From IMG/VR virus record IMGVR_UViG_3300033153_010326, positions 1 through 64,000 of that record: a stretch of DNA of 64,000 bases; one strand, 5' to 3'. This stretch comes from a virus. This document shows, piece after piece, positions 41,518-52,531 of the stretch (its first letter is position 1; each line of letters begins with the position of its first letter). A program made the position numbers and the translations under genes. Under the pieces are notes generated by a model. The model was not told the DNA's origin. It saw only the letters and a list, made by a program, of their open reading frames with translations, and did not search any database.

Positions 41518-42324
41518 AGAAACAAAAAATAATCAAAACTTATTTTCCAACTTGTCCTAAAAATTTAAGAAAATATTTTAAAATTTCTTGGATAGATAAA
41601 TCAATAACAGAATTAGAAGATATTTATAAAACAAACAATCGTAAGTTGAATAAACATTGTAAAACTGCTTTACTCTATTATATTCACTATAATTATAAAG
41701 AAATAGAACAATTTGCAATAGAAAGTTATACTTCTCCACTTTTATATTTGGCTTTTAATAAATGTTTAAACCTGCTTGAAAATATAGAATTGTATAGTTA
41801 TTTATTACTTACAGCACTTTTAATTCTCAAAAAAACAGAAACTAGCAAAAAATTTCCAGAATTGAAACTATATTGCGAAAGGAAATTAAATGATAGTATA
41901 TAAATGGGTACATAAAAAAGGCGATAAATATTATAGCTTAATGAATTTCGGCTTTACTAAACTATCGGAAGAATTTAAAACAAATCAACCTCCTTACGAA
42001 CTTGGAAAGAGTTATAATAATATTCATAAAGAATATAAAAGTTTAATGCTACAATTTAGAAATAAAAAAGGATATATACCACAATATATTAAAAAAGGTT
42101 TTTATTTGTGGATAAATAAAAATACTAAGCCTAATAAAAAACAATTAGATAGAATGAAAATATTAGGAGGAGAGATTAATGCAGTATTAGAATGTTATAT
42201 TTCTATAAATGATATACTTTCTTATGAAAGAGGAAATAACTGTATAAGAGTAAGCAAAATGAAAATAATAAGGGAAATATGATAAACATAATCCACAGTT
42301 TAGAGTATTAAAAGAGGAATTATT

Positions 42325-43152
42325 ATGATACAGAAATATAAAGAATGGTTAGAAACTATACAAAGACTATCTCCTAATACTATTCAATCGTATTTAGGTA
42401 GAGTTGGGATTTTATCTAAGTATATAAACTTAAATGAATTAAATGAGGAAAATATTAATCAATTTTTGATTAGTTATACTAAAAATAAATCTAAAAGTAC
42501 TTTCAATGGTTACATTAATACTATAGCTTCTTTACTAAAATTTCTAAAAAAAGATATTAAATTAAATCAACAAGTAATTATTAAAGAACATACTCCTAAC
42601 TACATTACTGAAAAAGAATTTTTAGAAAGGTTAATACCAGTTGTGGAATATTATTGCGAAAGTAATGCTTTACAAATGAAAAGTTTATTATATTTTATGT
42701 TCTATACAGGGGCTAGATTATCCGATATAAACTATCTTTTAAGACAAGACATTGACTTTAAAAATAAATATGTAACCTTTAGAAGTGGAAAAGGAGATAA
42801 GGATAGAGATGTTCCTTTATTAGATTGTGTTATAGAATTATTACAAAAATATTTTAATGTAGAAATAGAAGAAATCAATGCTTTTAATGTTAAAGCAAAC
42901 ACTTTAAGAAAAAGGTTAATTAGTATTAGAGAAATATTGGGAGATTTAAAATTTACTGCCCATACCTTAAGACATTCTTATGCTATGTGGTATCTTAACG
43001 AATTTAGGGGTAATATTAGAAACTTACAATTAAATATGGGGCATAATGATATTAAAACTACTATGAAATATTTAAACATAAAAAATAAAGATAGGATAGA
43101 GGGTTTTAAAACTAAAGAAAAAGAATGGAAGAAAAGAACAAAAAGAAGATAA
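42325..43152 (+). CDS. XerC/D-like tyrosine recombinase
   Basis: TGARLSD, GKGDKDR, HTLRHSYA, MGH..IKTTMKY. Confidence 0.9.
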   Translation: MIQKYKEWLETIQRLSPNTIQSYLGRVGILSKYINLNELNEENINQFLISYTKNKSKSTFNGYINTIASLLKFLKKDIKLNQQVIIKEHTPNYITEKEFLERLIPVVEYYCESNALQMKSLLYFMFYTGARLSDINYLLRQDIDFKNKYVTFRSGKGDKDRDVPLLDCVIELLQKYFNVEIEEINAFNVKANTLRKRLISIREILGDLKFTAHTLRHSYAMWYLNEFRGNIRNLQLNMGHNDIKTTMKYLNIKNKDRIEGFKTKEKEWKKRTKRR

Positions 43153-44171
43153 AAATGAAAAAATATGATGTATATTGTCCTTTTTGTCAAAATCTTTTAA
43201 AAAATTGTGAAAATTATGTTAAATGTAATAATTGTAAAACTAAAATTAAAATAATTTATACTATAATCCCTTGTAAAAATTGTAATAAACAAAAATTTAT
43301 AAGTTATATTCAAAAAAACGATAAAGCAACTTATTGTAATAATTGTGGACATATGATAAAACAATCTAAATTAGTTGCTCAAAATATTTTAGAAGAAAGA
43401 TTAAAATTTAAAACTACTATACCTAAAGATTATTGGACAGATATACAAATAGACTTATATAAAATAGGAAAAGGAGAAAAAATATGATATATACTAAACA
43501 ATCTATATGGACAACTTGTGATGGAAGAAGAATACCTTATGATAAATTAGAAGATACTCATTTAGCAAATATAATAGATTTTATAGAAAAAAGTAAATGT
43601 CCGACATTTGAAATTTTAACAATATTAAAAAACATTGCTAAAGAAAGAGGGTTAAAAAAAGAATTTTTAGAAAGGTCTCAAATTCCTTATAAAAATAAAT
43701 ATAATAAATGGGAAATATATAACTTTAAAAATCATACTTTCCAAAAAATAGAAAAATAAAAAAGGAATAAAATATGAAAGAAAGAATGAAGCTATTAAAA
43801 AAATTAGATAAACTCCGGAAACAATTAGATATTGTTGTTAATGGAGACCAATATTGTAATGAATATAAATTAGAAGAAAGAATAAAAGAATTAGAAAATA
43901 GATTAAAAATAAAAAATATTTAACTCCTTTAATATAAAGAAGTTATATAAAATCTAATATAAACTCCTATTATAAATATATATAGTAATCAATAATTAAG
44001 ATTAATTAAGACTAATATATCTTTTTATTATTTATATAACTATATAAATAGAACTTACTTAATTGCTCAATAAGAATATATTATTGATAAAAGAAGGTGC
44101 ATATATCGGCTACCTTTTGATTTTCTTAACAAATTAATAAGAAAAAAGGTAGTTATATTGTACCATTTTAC

Positions 44172-44201
44172 TTGCACTTGAACTAGATTGTATGGTATAC
44201 T
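44172..44201 (+). promoter_or_regulatory. promoter, TTGCAC-N18-TATACT class
   Basis: ACTTGCACTTGAA...TATGGTATACT. Confidence 0.75.
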
Positions 44202-45825
44202 TATAGTGAGTAAATTTATTGAAAGGAAAATTTATAATGGTGCATTTAAAAAAAGTAGGGAAATTATTTCAATTAAGTTTTTTTAGAGGAGGAACGGAAT
44301 TAGTTTACGATATGAATTGGAAAGAGATGGTAGTATTATTTTGTTTAGTTTCTTCAATAATGTGTAAATTTGTAAAGTCAAAGAAAAAATAAGAAGTATG
44401 GGCGTTGACTGTGTCGATAGCTCCTCTGCTTCTTAACTAATAAAAATAAGGAAATAATATGGGAGCATTAATAACAATTACAAAGGTTGAACTAAAAAAT
44501 GATAAAGCTAAAGTTACTTTTGAATATAATAATGATTTAAAAGATACTATTTGTAATTACTATGGAGTTAAGAGAGCTACTAAGGCTAAGATTAGAGATT
44601 TCTTCCTTCAAGCGGTGATGGAGGGAGTTATGAAACACAAGAGAAGGGGATTAGGTAGAGATAATGAATAAGAAAATAAGGGAGATATTAAAAGGATATA
44701 AATTAGGAGAACATGACAGAAGAAGCGGTTTACGCTTTGAACTTTATGATACTGACCAAGCTCTTTTCGTCATAGAACAAGAGATTAAGAGATGTATGGG
44801 GGAAGATATACCAAGTGTGTATGATATAAAAACAGGCAAAAAGCACATTGAGCAATATAATGAAGGATATAGTCATAGAGCCAAAAACTTTTGGGAGGCG
44901 TGGAGAGGAAAGAAATGAAATATATAATTATATTAATAATGATGATGGCTTTTATATTTCCTATGAAAGAAGTTAAACCTTCTTCTAATATTGAAACTAT
45001 TGTAGATAAAATGGAACAATGGCAAAGAGATAATTTAGAAAAGAAAGCGGAAAGATTAGATAGGATTAGGCAAATTATTAATATAAGAGATAGAGTAGAA
45101 GGTAAAATAAAGAAACCTAAAAAGCCCAAGAAGCCTAAAAAGGAGAAATAAAGTGAAAGTTATTAATTTGATAAAAAATAATGAAAAAATAAATTTATGG
45201 GAATTTAGCAGGTAATATGAAAGTAATATTAATTGTGGGAGATAAAATTGAGGAATATAAAAAGAAAGTAGGATTTTGGACAGAAACTCATTATAGAAAA
45301 ATAGATTATAAGAGGAAGAAATGAAAGATAAAGATATAAAATTATTCTCAAAAGCGATACATAACGCAAAAAAAGTTATACAAGATATAGAAACAGAAAG
45401 ACAAAAAGCACATGAAAAATTAAATAAATCAATACATACTATAAAACAAGTTCGTAATTCTCATGATAAAAAAATGAAAAAATTAACAGAAGAAGTTAAA
45501 GAAATATTAGATGAAGTTTATGAATTGTTTGAAGATTTGTATGAAGAAAAAACAGGAGAATAAAATGGATAATGATTTTGTTTTAATTAGACTTGAAAGA
45601 TTAGCAAAAAAAATATCAACTTTAGAGGGAACTCTTTTAACTACATCTAATATGTTAGAAGATAAGGATAACAAAGATTCTGTTTATTATGCAAAAGAAA
45701 ATATAGAAGGAGTTGCAGAATTTTTAAATGATATAAGAAATGACGTAGATTTATTGTGCGAACAAATTAATAAAAAAGAAACAGGATTAGATTTGGAAAA
45801 TCCATTTTAAAGGAGAAAACTAAAT

Positions 45826-46194
45826 ATGCCTTATATCTCAGCGAAAAATGATAGAAGAAAGAAATTAAGACATGGAGAACCTGCTTTAAATGCAGGAGAG
45901 TTAAATTATCAAATTTTCTATTATATTAAACATTATGATTGGAGAAAACATCACCAAATTGATTATACAATGATACAAACTATACATAAATTTGTTAATA
46001 AATTTTTAGGAAAAAATCCTAATTACCAGAGGTGGAATGATATGACAGGTTGTTTGATAAGATGTTATAAAGAAATTAAAAGAAGGTTGAATATAAATGT
46101 TAAGGAGATATTGATAGAGATTATGGAAGATTATGATAATGAAATTGCAAGATACGAAGATACTAAAATTATTTCTAATTCGGATGTAGAGTAG
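45826..46194 (+). CDS. conserved phage protein (MPYI...GELNY type)
   Basis: MPYI, GELNY, YE..KI..N.DV motifs. Confidence 0.55.
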   Translation: MPYISAKNDRRKKLRHGEPALNAGELNYQIFYYIKHYDWRKHHQIDYTMIQTIHKFVNKFLGKNPNYQRWNDMTGCLIRCYKEIKRRLNINVKEILIEIMEDYDNEIARYEDTKIISNSDVE

Positions 46195-46467
46195 GAGATA
46201 ATATGAAACTATTAGCTACTAAAAAAATGAAACAATTATTAAGAAAAGGAAAATATTTAGCAAAAAAAGATAAACTTAAAGTAACTAGTCCAGATTATAT
46301 GTATATGCTTATAAATGATACTCTTAAAAACGGATGGCATTATAATGTGGATTTATCTTATTCTGGAATACATGTATATGCTTTTAAACCTCCTTTGGAT
46401 TTTAGGGCTAGACCAGCAGATTATTATTTAGCAAGTAAATTTAAAAAACGAAAAGGAGGTGGTTAAT

Positions 46468-47144
46468 ATGATAGGTAAGATAATTAGAATCTTAAAATTC
46501 AAATTATTCTATACCTATCTTTGAAGCTAGCAGGAGCGATTGAGTTTGATACCAAAGATGGTGGTCAAACTTGGAGGAATAGTATAACTATTCCTTTAGA
46601 TGAAATGGGAATTTATGTTGGAGACCCTGTAAAGACTGAACCTGTTGCTACTGGTATGGATGTTATGGAAGCTCAAAATAAATTTAATGGGTGGATTCAA
46701 TCAGGTAATTATGATATATTTGAAAAGATGTTTACAAGAATTGTTCAAAAAGATATTAGATTAGTTAATAGAGCAGATTTTTTGATTGTTCATTTATTTC
46801 CTGATATACCTACTACTGGAACTATTCACGAAATGGCTTTAGCGTGGATGCAAAAGAAACCTATATATTTAATATGGAAAGATGCTAAGAGCAAATTATC
46901 AAAGTGGGCATTATATTTAGTTATTTCTTCAGGAGGGCGATTATTTGATAGTGAAAATAAACTTACAGAGTTTATAAGGGTAAAATATAATCTTAAAAAT
47001 CAAAGTTTTAGAGTTCAATTTATTCAAATTATAAAAGCCATAAGTAGACTTATAGAGGAAAATTTATATAATTTAAAAACGAATAGTAATGGTAATCAAG
47101 AAAAAATTAAACAGGACTTAGAAAAGAAAGAGGAGAAGAAATAA
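46468..47144 (+). CDS. nucleoside 2-deoxyribosyltransferase-like protein with interrupted 5' end
   Basis: (Y)LAGAIE..WR..DP..D...V.RADFLIV..TTGT.HE..A...KKPIY; the strong RBS and ATG at 46468 are out of frame with the body. Confidence 0.7.
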
Positions 47145-47860
47145 TGAGGCGATTTAAAGGAGGAGCTACCAGAAATAATGATGAAAATAAAAATGATTAT
47201 GATGGTTTTTTATCTTCCATGGTATTAAACAAATATGACCAATTTTTAGAAAGAGAAAATCAAATTGCATGGGCTTCTGGTTTGTTTGAAGGAGAGGGTT
47301 GTGTTTTTAAAGCTACTACAAAAAACAAACATGCTCGTTTAGAAATTAAATTAACAGATGAAGATGTATTACAAAGATTTTTAAAAATTGTTGGATATGG
47401 AAAAATATATGGGTCTTATTGGGCTAAAAAAAGTACAAAACCTTATTGGTCATGGCAATGCAACAAAGACCAAGAAACTATAGAAGTATTAAAATTACTT
47501 TATCCTTATTTAGGAACAAGAAGAAAAAATAGAGTAAAAGAAATTTGTTCTATAGAAAGACTTGCTGAAATAAATGCAATGCCTCCTTTAGTTATAAAAG
47601 CTTTTGGTGATTATATGACTAAACATAGAAAACAAGCAGATGGAAAGTTAAGACCAAGTGATAATTGGAAAAAAGGCATACCTCAAGAAGCTTATTTCCA
47701 ATCAGCATGGAGACATTTTTTAGATGTATATTTGCATCATAAAGGATATAATGATAAAACTACAGAAAATCTAGAAGATTCTCTTTGTGCATTGATTTTT
47801 AATATAATGGGATATTTGCATGAATTATTGAAAAATAAATTATTGAAGGATAAAAAATAA
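47144..47860 (+). CDS. dATP/dGTP diphosphohydrolase-like (DUF5664-type) protein with in-frame LAGLIDADG insertion
   Basis: GATR...K.DYDGFLS / PLVI..F..YM.KH...DNWKKGIP...SAWRH flanking WASGLFEGEG. Confidence 0.75.
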   Translation: MRRFKGGATRNNDENKNDYDGFLSSMVLNKYDQFLERENQIAWASGLFEGEGCVFKATTKNKHARLEIKLTDEDVLQRFLKIVGYGKIYGSYWAKKSTKPYWSWQCNKDQETIEVLKLLYPYLGTRRKNRVKEICSIERLAEINAMPPLVIKAFGDYMTKHRKQADGKLRPSDNWKKGIPQEAYFQSAWRHFLDVYLHHKGYNDKTTENLEDSLCALIFNIMGYLHELLKNKLLKDKK

Positions 47861-48386
47861 AATGATAAATCTATCTTATGAAAAACAAATAAATATGCTT
47901 GTTAAAGATGTTGTAAAATGGATGAGATTAACATTTGTTATGTTTGTAGTAGGTTTATTTTTAGGAGTAATATTATTTTAATAGGAGGAAGAGATGTTAG
48001 GTTATGAATGTCCTAAATGTGGTACTGTAAAATTCCCTGATGGAAAAGGATGTCAATGTGGGGAGAGTTATGGTGCTTTAAAAGTAATTCGATTAAAAAA
48101 TACATTGAAACCAAAAAAAGACAGAGAATATTATGGAGAAAGAGATTATGACTAAAAAAGAACAATTAATAATTCAATATATATTATATGCAATGGAATA
48201 TATGAAAGAAGCAAGTAAATTATGTACTAAATTACCTGAGAAAGAAATTAAGTACTTACTTGAAGATTATTTATATATTATAGGAAAATCAACTCAGGAA
48301 TTAGGAATAGGGTTGGCAACTTTAGGAACTGATATTTCTAATTCTGGATTTGAAAAATTGATGAAAAAACTAATGAGGAAACGTAA

Positions 48387-48602
48387 ATGAGAATAATTGT
48401 AAAACAAGTAAATAATAAAGATAGACAAATGGAGGAATTAGAAAAAGCTCTTAAAAAGCTTAAAAAGAAGCTTGATAAGGAGGGAGTATTTAAACTTTTA
48501 AGACAGAGGAAATATTTTAGTAAACCTAGTGAAATAAGACATATGAAATTAATGAAAATATTACATGACCAGAAAAAAAGGAAAAGACGTGGAAAGAAAT
48601 AA
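48387..48602 (+). CDS. rpsU: ribosomal protein bS21
   Basis: LEKALKKLKKK..KEGV....RQRKYFSKPSE.R. Confidence 0.85.
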   Translation: MRIIVKQVNNKDRQMEELEKALKKLKKKLDKEGVFKLLRQRKYFSKPSEIRHMKLMKILHDQKKRKRRGKK

Positions 48603-49428
48603 AGTTATTATAGTTGACTATTCTATATTTATGTTTAGGGCTATATTTGCAGGGAGAAAAAATAAACAAATGACACCTACTTATAATTGTGTTAATATGA
48701 TAGTCTCATGTTTAAGAAAAATAGGAGTAGAACCTACAGATAAAATTATACTTGCTTGTGATTATGGAAGGTCATGGAGAAAAGAACTTTCTAAAGAATA
48801 TAAAGCTGATAGAGAGAAAAAAAGAAAACAATATAAAGATATTGATTGGGATAAAAGATTCAAAGAATTTAATCAGTTAATAGAAGATTTAGATAAAAGT
48901 ACAAGTTGGTTAGTGGTAAAAGAATGGAGTTTTGAATTTGATGATTTTGCGAGTGTTGCTCCAAGATATTTTAAAAATAATGAGATTATCATTATTTCTT
49001 ATGATAAGGATATGGAGCAACTTTGTAGTTATCCTAATGTAAAATTGTTTTCTCCTTTGATAAAATACAAAGGAAAAAAAGGAGCTTATAAATTAGTTGA
49101 AGACCCTTATAAAGTATTAGCTGATAAAATTGAAAAAGAAGCTTCTGATAATTTAAAAAGTAAAATTGTTACGACTAAAGACTATGAATTAAGAGAAACT
49201 TTAGTTTCATTATTAAAACTACCAAGACATATTGAAGAAAAGATTGTAGAAATTTATTCTAATTTAAAAGAAAAACAATATATAGATAAAGATAGAATTC
49301 CATTTAAAAAAGATTTAAAAAAAAGAATTATTAATTTATATAATGATAAAAAGAATATTGTAGATTATGAGGAATGTATTGAATATATTGCTAAAAAAAG
49401 AAAAGGAAAAAAGAAATGCAAAAAATAA
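48565..49428 (+). CDS. 5'-3' exonuclease / RNase H (flap endonuclease family)
   Basis: IIVD, ACD...SWRK....YKADR, EFDD, SYDKDMEQL. Confidence 0.85.
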   Translation: MTRKKGKDVERNKVIIVDYSIFMFRAIFAGRKNKQMTPTYNCVNMIVSCLRKIGVEPTDKIILACDYGRSWRKELSKEYKADREKKRKQYKDIDWDKRFKEFNQLIEDLDKSTSWLVVKEWSFEFDDFASVAPRYFKNNEIIIISYDKDMEQLCSYPNVKLFSPLIKYKGKKGAYKLVEDPYKVLADKIEKEASDNLKSKIVTTKDYELRETLVSLLKLPRHIEEKIVEIYSNLKEKQYIDKDRIPFKKDLKKRIINLYNDKKNIVDYEECIEYIAKKRKGKKKCKK

Positions 49429-49929
49429 AAGTATATATTAATAAGAATGGAAGAAGACAATTGACAAAAGCAATATTAATAAAAGAAAATAAGAAAACTG
49501 TAATTGTAAAATTAAAAGGTGGAAATATTATTAAACGAAATAAAGTAAAAGATTTAATTAAGGAGGAAAATAATGGATAATAAAGTAGGAAAGAATTATC
49601 AGAAACAAAAAGTAGTAGAAATACCAGAACATTATTTAGATTTAATTGAAGACGAATACAAACATCAAAATAAATTATTAGATAAAATGTTAAATGTTTC
49701 TATGAAAATTGCAAGATTTGAAGAAGAATTGGAATCAGATAAAAAGACCCAAAAACAGGTTAGAAATGAAATATTAAAGATTACTCAATCTAAAAAACGA
49801 ATTTTAAGTAAAATTCATAAGAAATTGGGATTAGATAAAGAGAAACAATATCGTTGGGAATTTACAGGTACATCTTTTATAGGTACGTTGGATTCTAAAA
49901 CAAAAGAAAATAAGAAGGAGGAAAAGTAA

Positions 49930-50694
49930 ATGAAATTTAAAGTAGCTATAATTAAAGACGGTCAACAGCTTATTAAATTTGTATTAGATGATGGTGAGGA
50001 AATTTGGGCAGAAACTTCTCAAAAGGTTTATGATTTTGCCAAGAAGAATTTTGAAGAAAATGAAATTTGTGATTTTGATTATGAAGAAAAAGACGATGGT
50101 AGTTATTATGTAGATAGAATCCTAAAGAAAGAAGGAGGAAGTTCTTCTAAACCTTCTCCTAAGAAAAGAGGCAGAGGTAGACCTAAGAAATTTTCTTCTT
50201 CAACATCAGGAAAAGTTTGTGAGTGCGGTACAGAAATAAAAAATGCTAAATATAGTCAATGCTACGAATGTAATCAAGCAAAGAAGAAAACGAAATCAGA
50301 AGGTGGGAAGTATTGTGAATGTGGTACTGAGATAAAGAATACTAAGTATGATAAGTGTTATGAGTGTAATCAAGCAGGAAAAGAAGAAAAATCAGATGAT
50401 AAGAAATATTGTACATGTGGAACAGAGATAAAAAATCATAAGTATGATAAATGTTATAATTGCAACAAAGAAAATAAAGGTTCTTCTGGTTCTGGAAAGC
50501 CTGATTATGAAAAAGGTGCTCCTTATGGTTCTGTAACTGAAGGGGAAGCAATTAGAAGAAATAAATTAGCAGTATTGGGAAGTATAGCTTCTGCTATAGG
50601 TACTGCTATGGCAGGTCAAGTAGAAGACGCAGATGCTCTTATTGATATGATTATTGAAGCACATAAGAAGATTTATAAGGAATTGTTTGGATAA
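49930..50694 (+). CDS. putative ssDNA-binding protein with AT-hook and three Zn-finger repeats
   Basis: OB-like N-terminus (inferred), KRGRGRPKK, 3x C.CGTEIKN.KY..CY.CN. Confidence 0.55.
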   Translation: MKFKVAIIKDGQQLIKFVLDDGEEIWAETSQKVYDFAKKNFEENEICDFDYEEKDDGSYYVDRILKKEGGSSSKPSPKKRGRGRPKKFSSSTSGKVCECGTEIKNAKYSQCYECNQAKKKTKSEGGKYCECGTEIKNTKYDKCYECNQAGKEEKSDDKKYCTCGTEIKNHKYDKCYNCNKENKGSSGSGKPDYEKGAPYGSVTEGEAIRRNKLAVLGSIASAIGTAMAGQVEDADALIDMIIEAHKKIYKELFG

Positions 50695-51176
50695 AATTAA
50701 GATTTATTGTCTCGTAAGTAGTTAAGATTTGTCGCATCGGACAATAGTGCTGGAATCCATTTTTTAACGAAAGCGAGACATATTGTATAAAGAGGATAGG
50801 ATTAATTTTTCGGAACTCGATTACGCGCTTAGACGCAGGAACATGAAAACTATGATTACGCAACTCATTGATAATACTGGACTTAGAGATAAAGCTACTA
50901 AACAATATATTTATATTTTATATATGACAAGAGCTGTGAAAACTGAACATTTACATGAATTACTTGATAAAGTTATGGAGAACTAAAATGTTTGGATGGC
51001 TGATAGGAGATGTTACTAAAGATGTAGTAGTTTTAATGAATGAAATTATCCAAATAATGAAAATTATGCTGATAGGTGGAGGGGTTTGTTTATTTATTAT
51101 TTGGATAACAATTATATTTAAAAAATGATTATTCGTATAAGTACATTAAATTAACACTTTAGTTAATTAACTGTAT

Positions 51177-51656
51177 TTGAAAATAAAAGGAAGAAATGTG
51201 AATAAATCTATTTTTTTTAGGAAAAAAGTAAAAGAACTAGCTTTATTAAATAATATTAAAGAAGATATTGTTATTAGACAAGATAATAGATTAGGAGGTT
51301 ACTTAGCGTGTACTAGATTATATTTATATTCAGATACACAAGAACCTGTCTATTTAATTACATATAATGCAAAATTATTTAAATATAAAACTAAATTACA
51401 ATTAATGGCTTTAGCTTTACATGAATTAGGGCATATTAAATTTAGACATGAATATAAGTATAGTTTTAAAAATACTACAAAAAAACAATTAATTCGTATG
51501 GAATACGAAGCGGAAAAATTTTCTTTATTATATATAAAAAATCATTACTCTAAATATTTTAAAAAAAGAATAGAGCTTTTAAAAAATTATATTACTAATG
51601 ATAATGTTATTTATAGAGAAGCTTTTTATAAATTAGCTAAAGAATTTGATAAATAG
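51177..51656 (+). CDS. HExxH zincin-like protein
   Basis: ALHELGH ... EYEAEKFS. Confidence 0.65.
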   Translation: MKIKGRNVNKSIFFRKKVKELALLNNIKEDIVIRQDNRLGGYLACTRLYLYSDTQEPVYLITYNAKLFKYKTKLQLMALALHELGHIKFRHEYKYSFKNTTKKQLIRMEYEAEKFSLLYIKNHYSKYFKKRIELLKNYITNDNVIYREAFYKLAKEFDK

Positions 51657-52028
51657 GAGAAATTATGTATTATTTTTTATATAGTTTAATGTTAATAGGT
51701 TTTATAGGGGTATCAGTACAAGCTCCTGATTTAAGGTCGAAAGTTATTGGGATTTTGTTGGTTGTGGTGAATGGGTTAATTTTTTGGAGATAATAATATG
51801 AAATATAAATTTTATGTATATAAAGTAATAGGAGAAGCGGAAATATTTACTGAAAATCAACCTAATAAAGAAGAAGCTAGAGAATTTGTAATGAAAAATG
51901 CTAAACATCTTAATTATAAAAGACCTGGTTATTTTTATATGTTATTAAATAAAAGACCAAAGGTGGTGAAATGATTATTTGTAAATATTGTAAAAGAGAA
52001 ATACCTAATAAAAATCTTATAACTAAAA

Positions 52029-52499
52029 ATGGATGCCGATGGTGTTCGGCAGAATACCATCAAAATAAAAATAATGAAAAAATTAAAGATAAGTAAAAAA
52101 GATTTAATAAAAGCTTATAATATTGATAGATTAAAACTTCAAGAAATTTGTATTAGATTTGCTTGTGGAGAAACTACTGTAGTTAGATTATTAAAAAGAT
52201 ATAAGATTTTTAAAAGAGGAATGGTATCATCTATAGGAAATAAAAAGTATACTTCTAAAGGATATATTTTAATTTTATTACCATTTCATCCTTTTAGTTC
52301 AAAACGAGGATATGTTAGAGAACATAGATTAATGATGGAAAAGTATCTTGGTAGGTATTTAAAAAGAGAAGAAGTAGTTCATCATGAAAATGATATTAGA
52401 GATGATAATAGGATTGAGAATTTAAGATTATTTTCTAATCAAGGTAAGCATAACAAGTTTCATAGGAATCGTGTTAATAAAGAAAAAGGCAGTTTCTAA
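52029..52499 (+). CDS. HNH homing endonuclease
   Basis: YVREHRLMME..LGR.L...EVVHH.N..RDDNRIENL. Confidence 0.9.
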   Translation: MDADGVRQNTIKIKIMKKLKISKKDLIKAYNIDRLKLQEICIRFACGETTVVRLLKRYKIFKRGMVSSIGNKKYTSKGYILILLPFHPFSSKRGYVREHRLMMEKYLGRYLKREEVVHHENDIRDDNRIENLRLFSNQGKHNKFHRNRVNKEKGSF

Positions 52500-52501
52500 A
52501 C

Positions 52502-52531
52502 TTGCACATGAAGCCTAAAGTATGATATACT
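52502..52531 (+). promoter_or_regulatory. promoter, TTGCAC-N18-TATACT class
   Basis: ACTTGCACATGAA...TATGATATACT. Confidence 0.7.

Noticed and set aside
42283-43200. att/dif site or prophage boundary near the tyrosine recombinase
   Set aside because: No convincing dif consensus or flanking host genes; phage-like genes continue on both sides.
45826-47860. 2-aminoadenine (Z) or deazaguanine DNA-modification pathway
   Set aside because: Only a diphosphohydrolase-like and an NDT-like gene are seen; no PurZ, Que/Fol or DpdA homolog is recognisable in this window.
50830-50875. tmRNA tag-like reading (ENYDYATH-stop)
   Set aside because: No tRNA-like ends or ALAA-type terminus; overlaps a plausible ORF in another frame.
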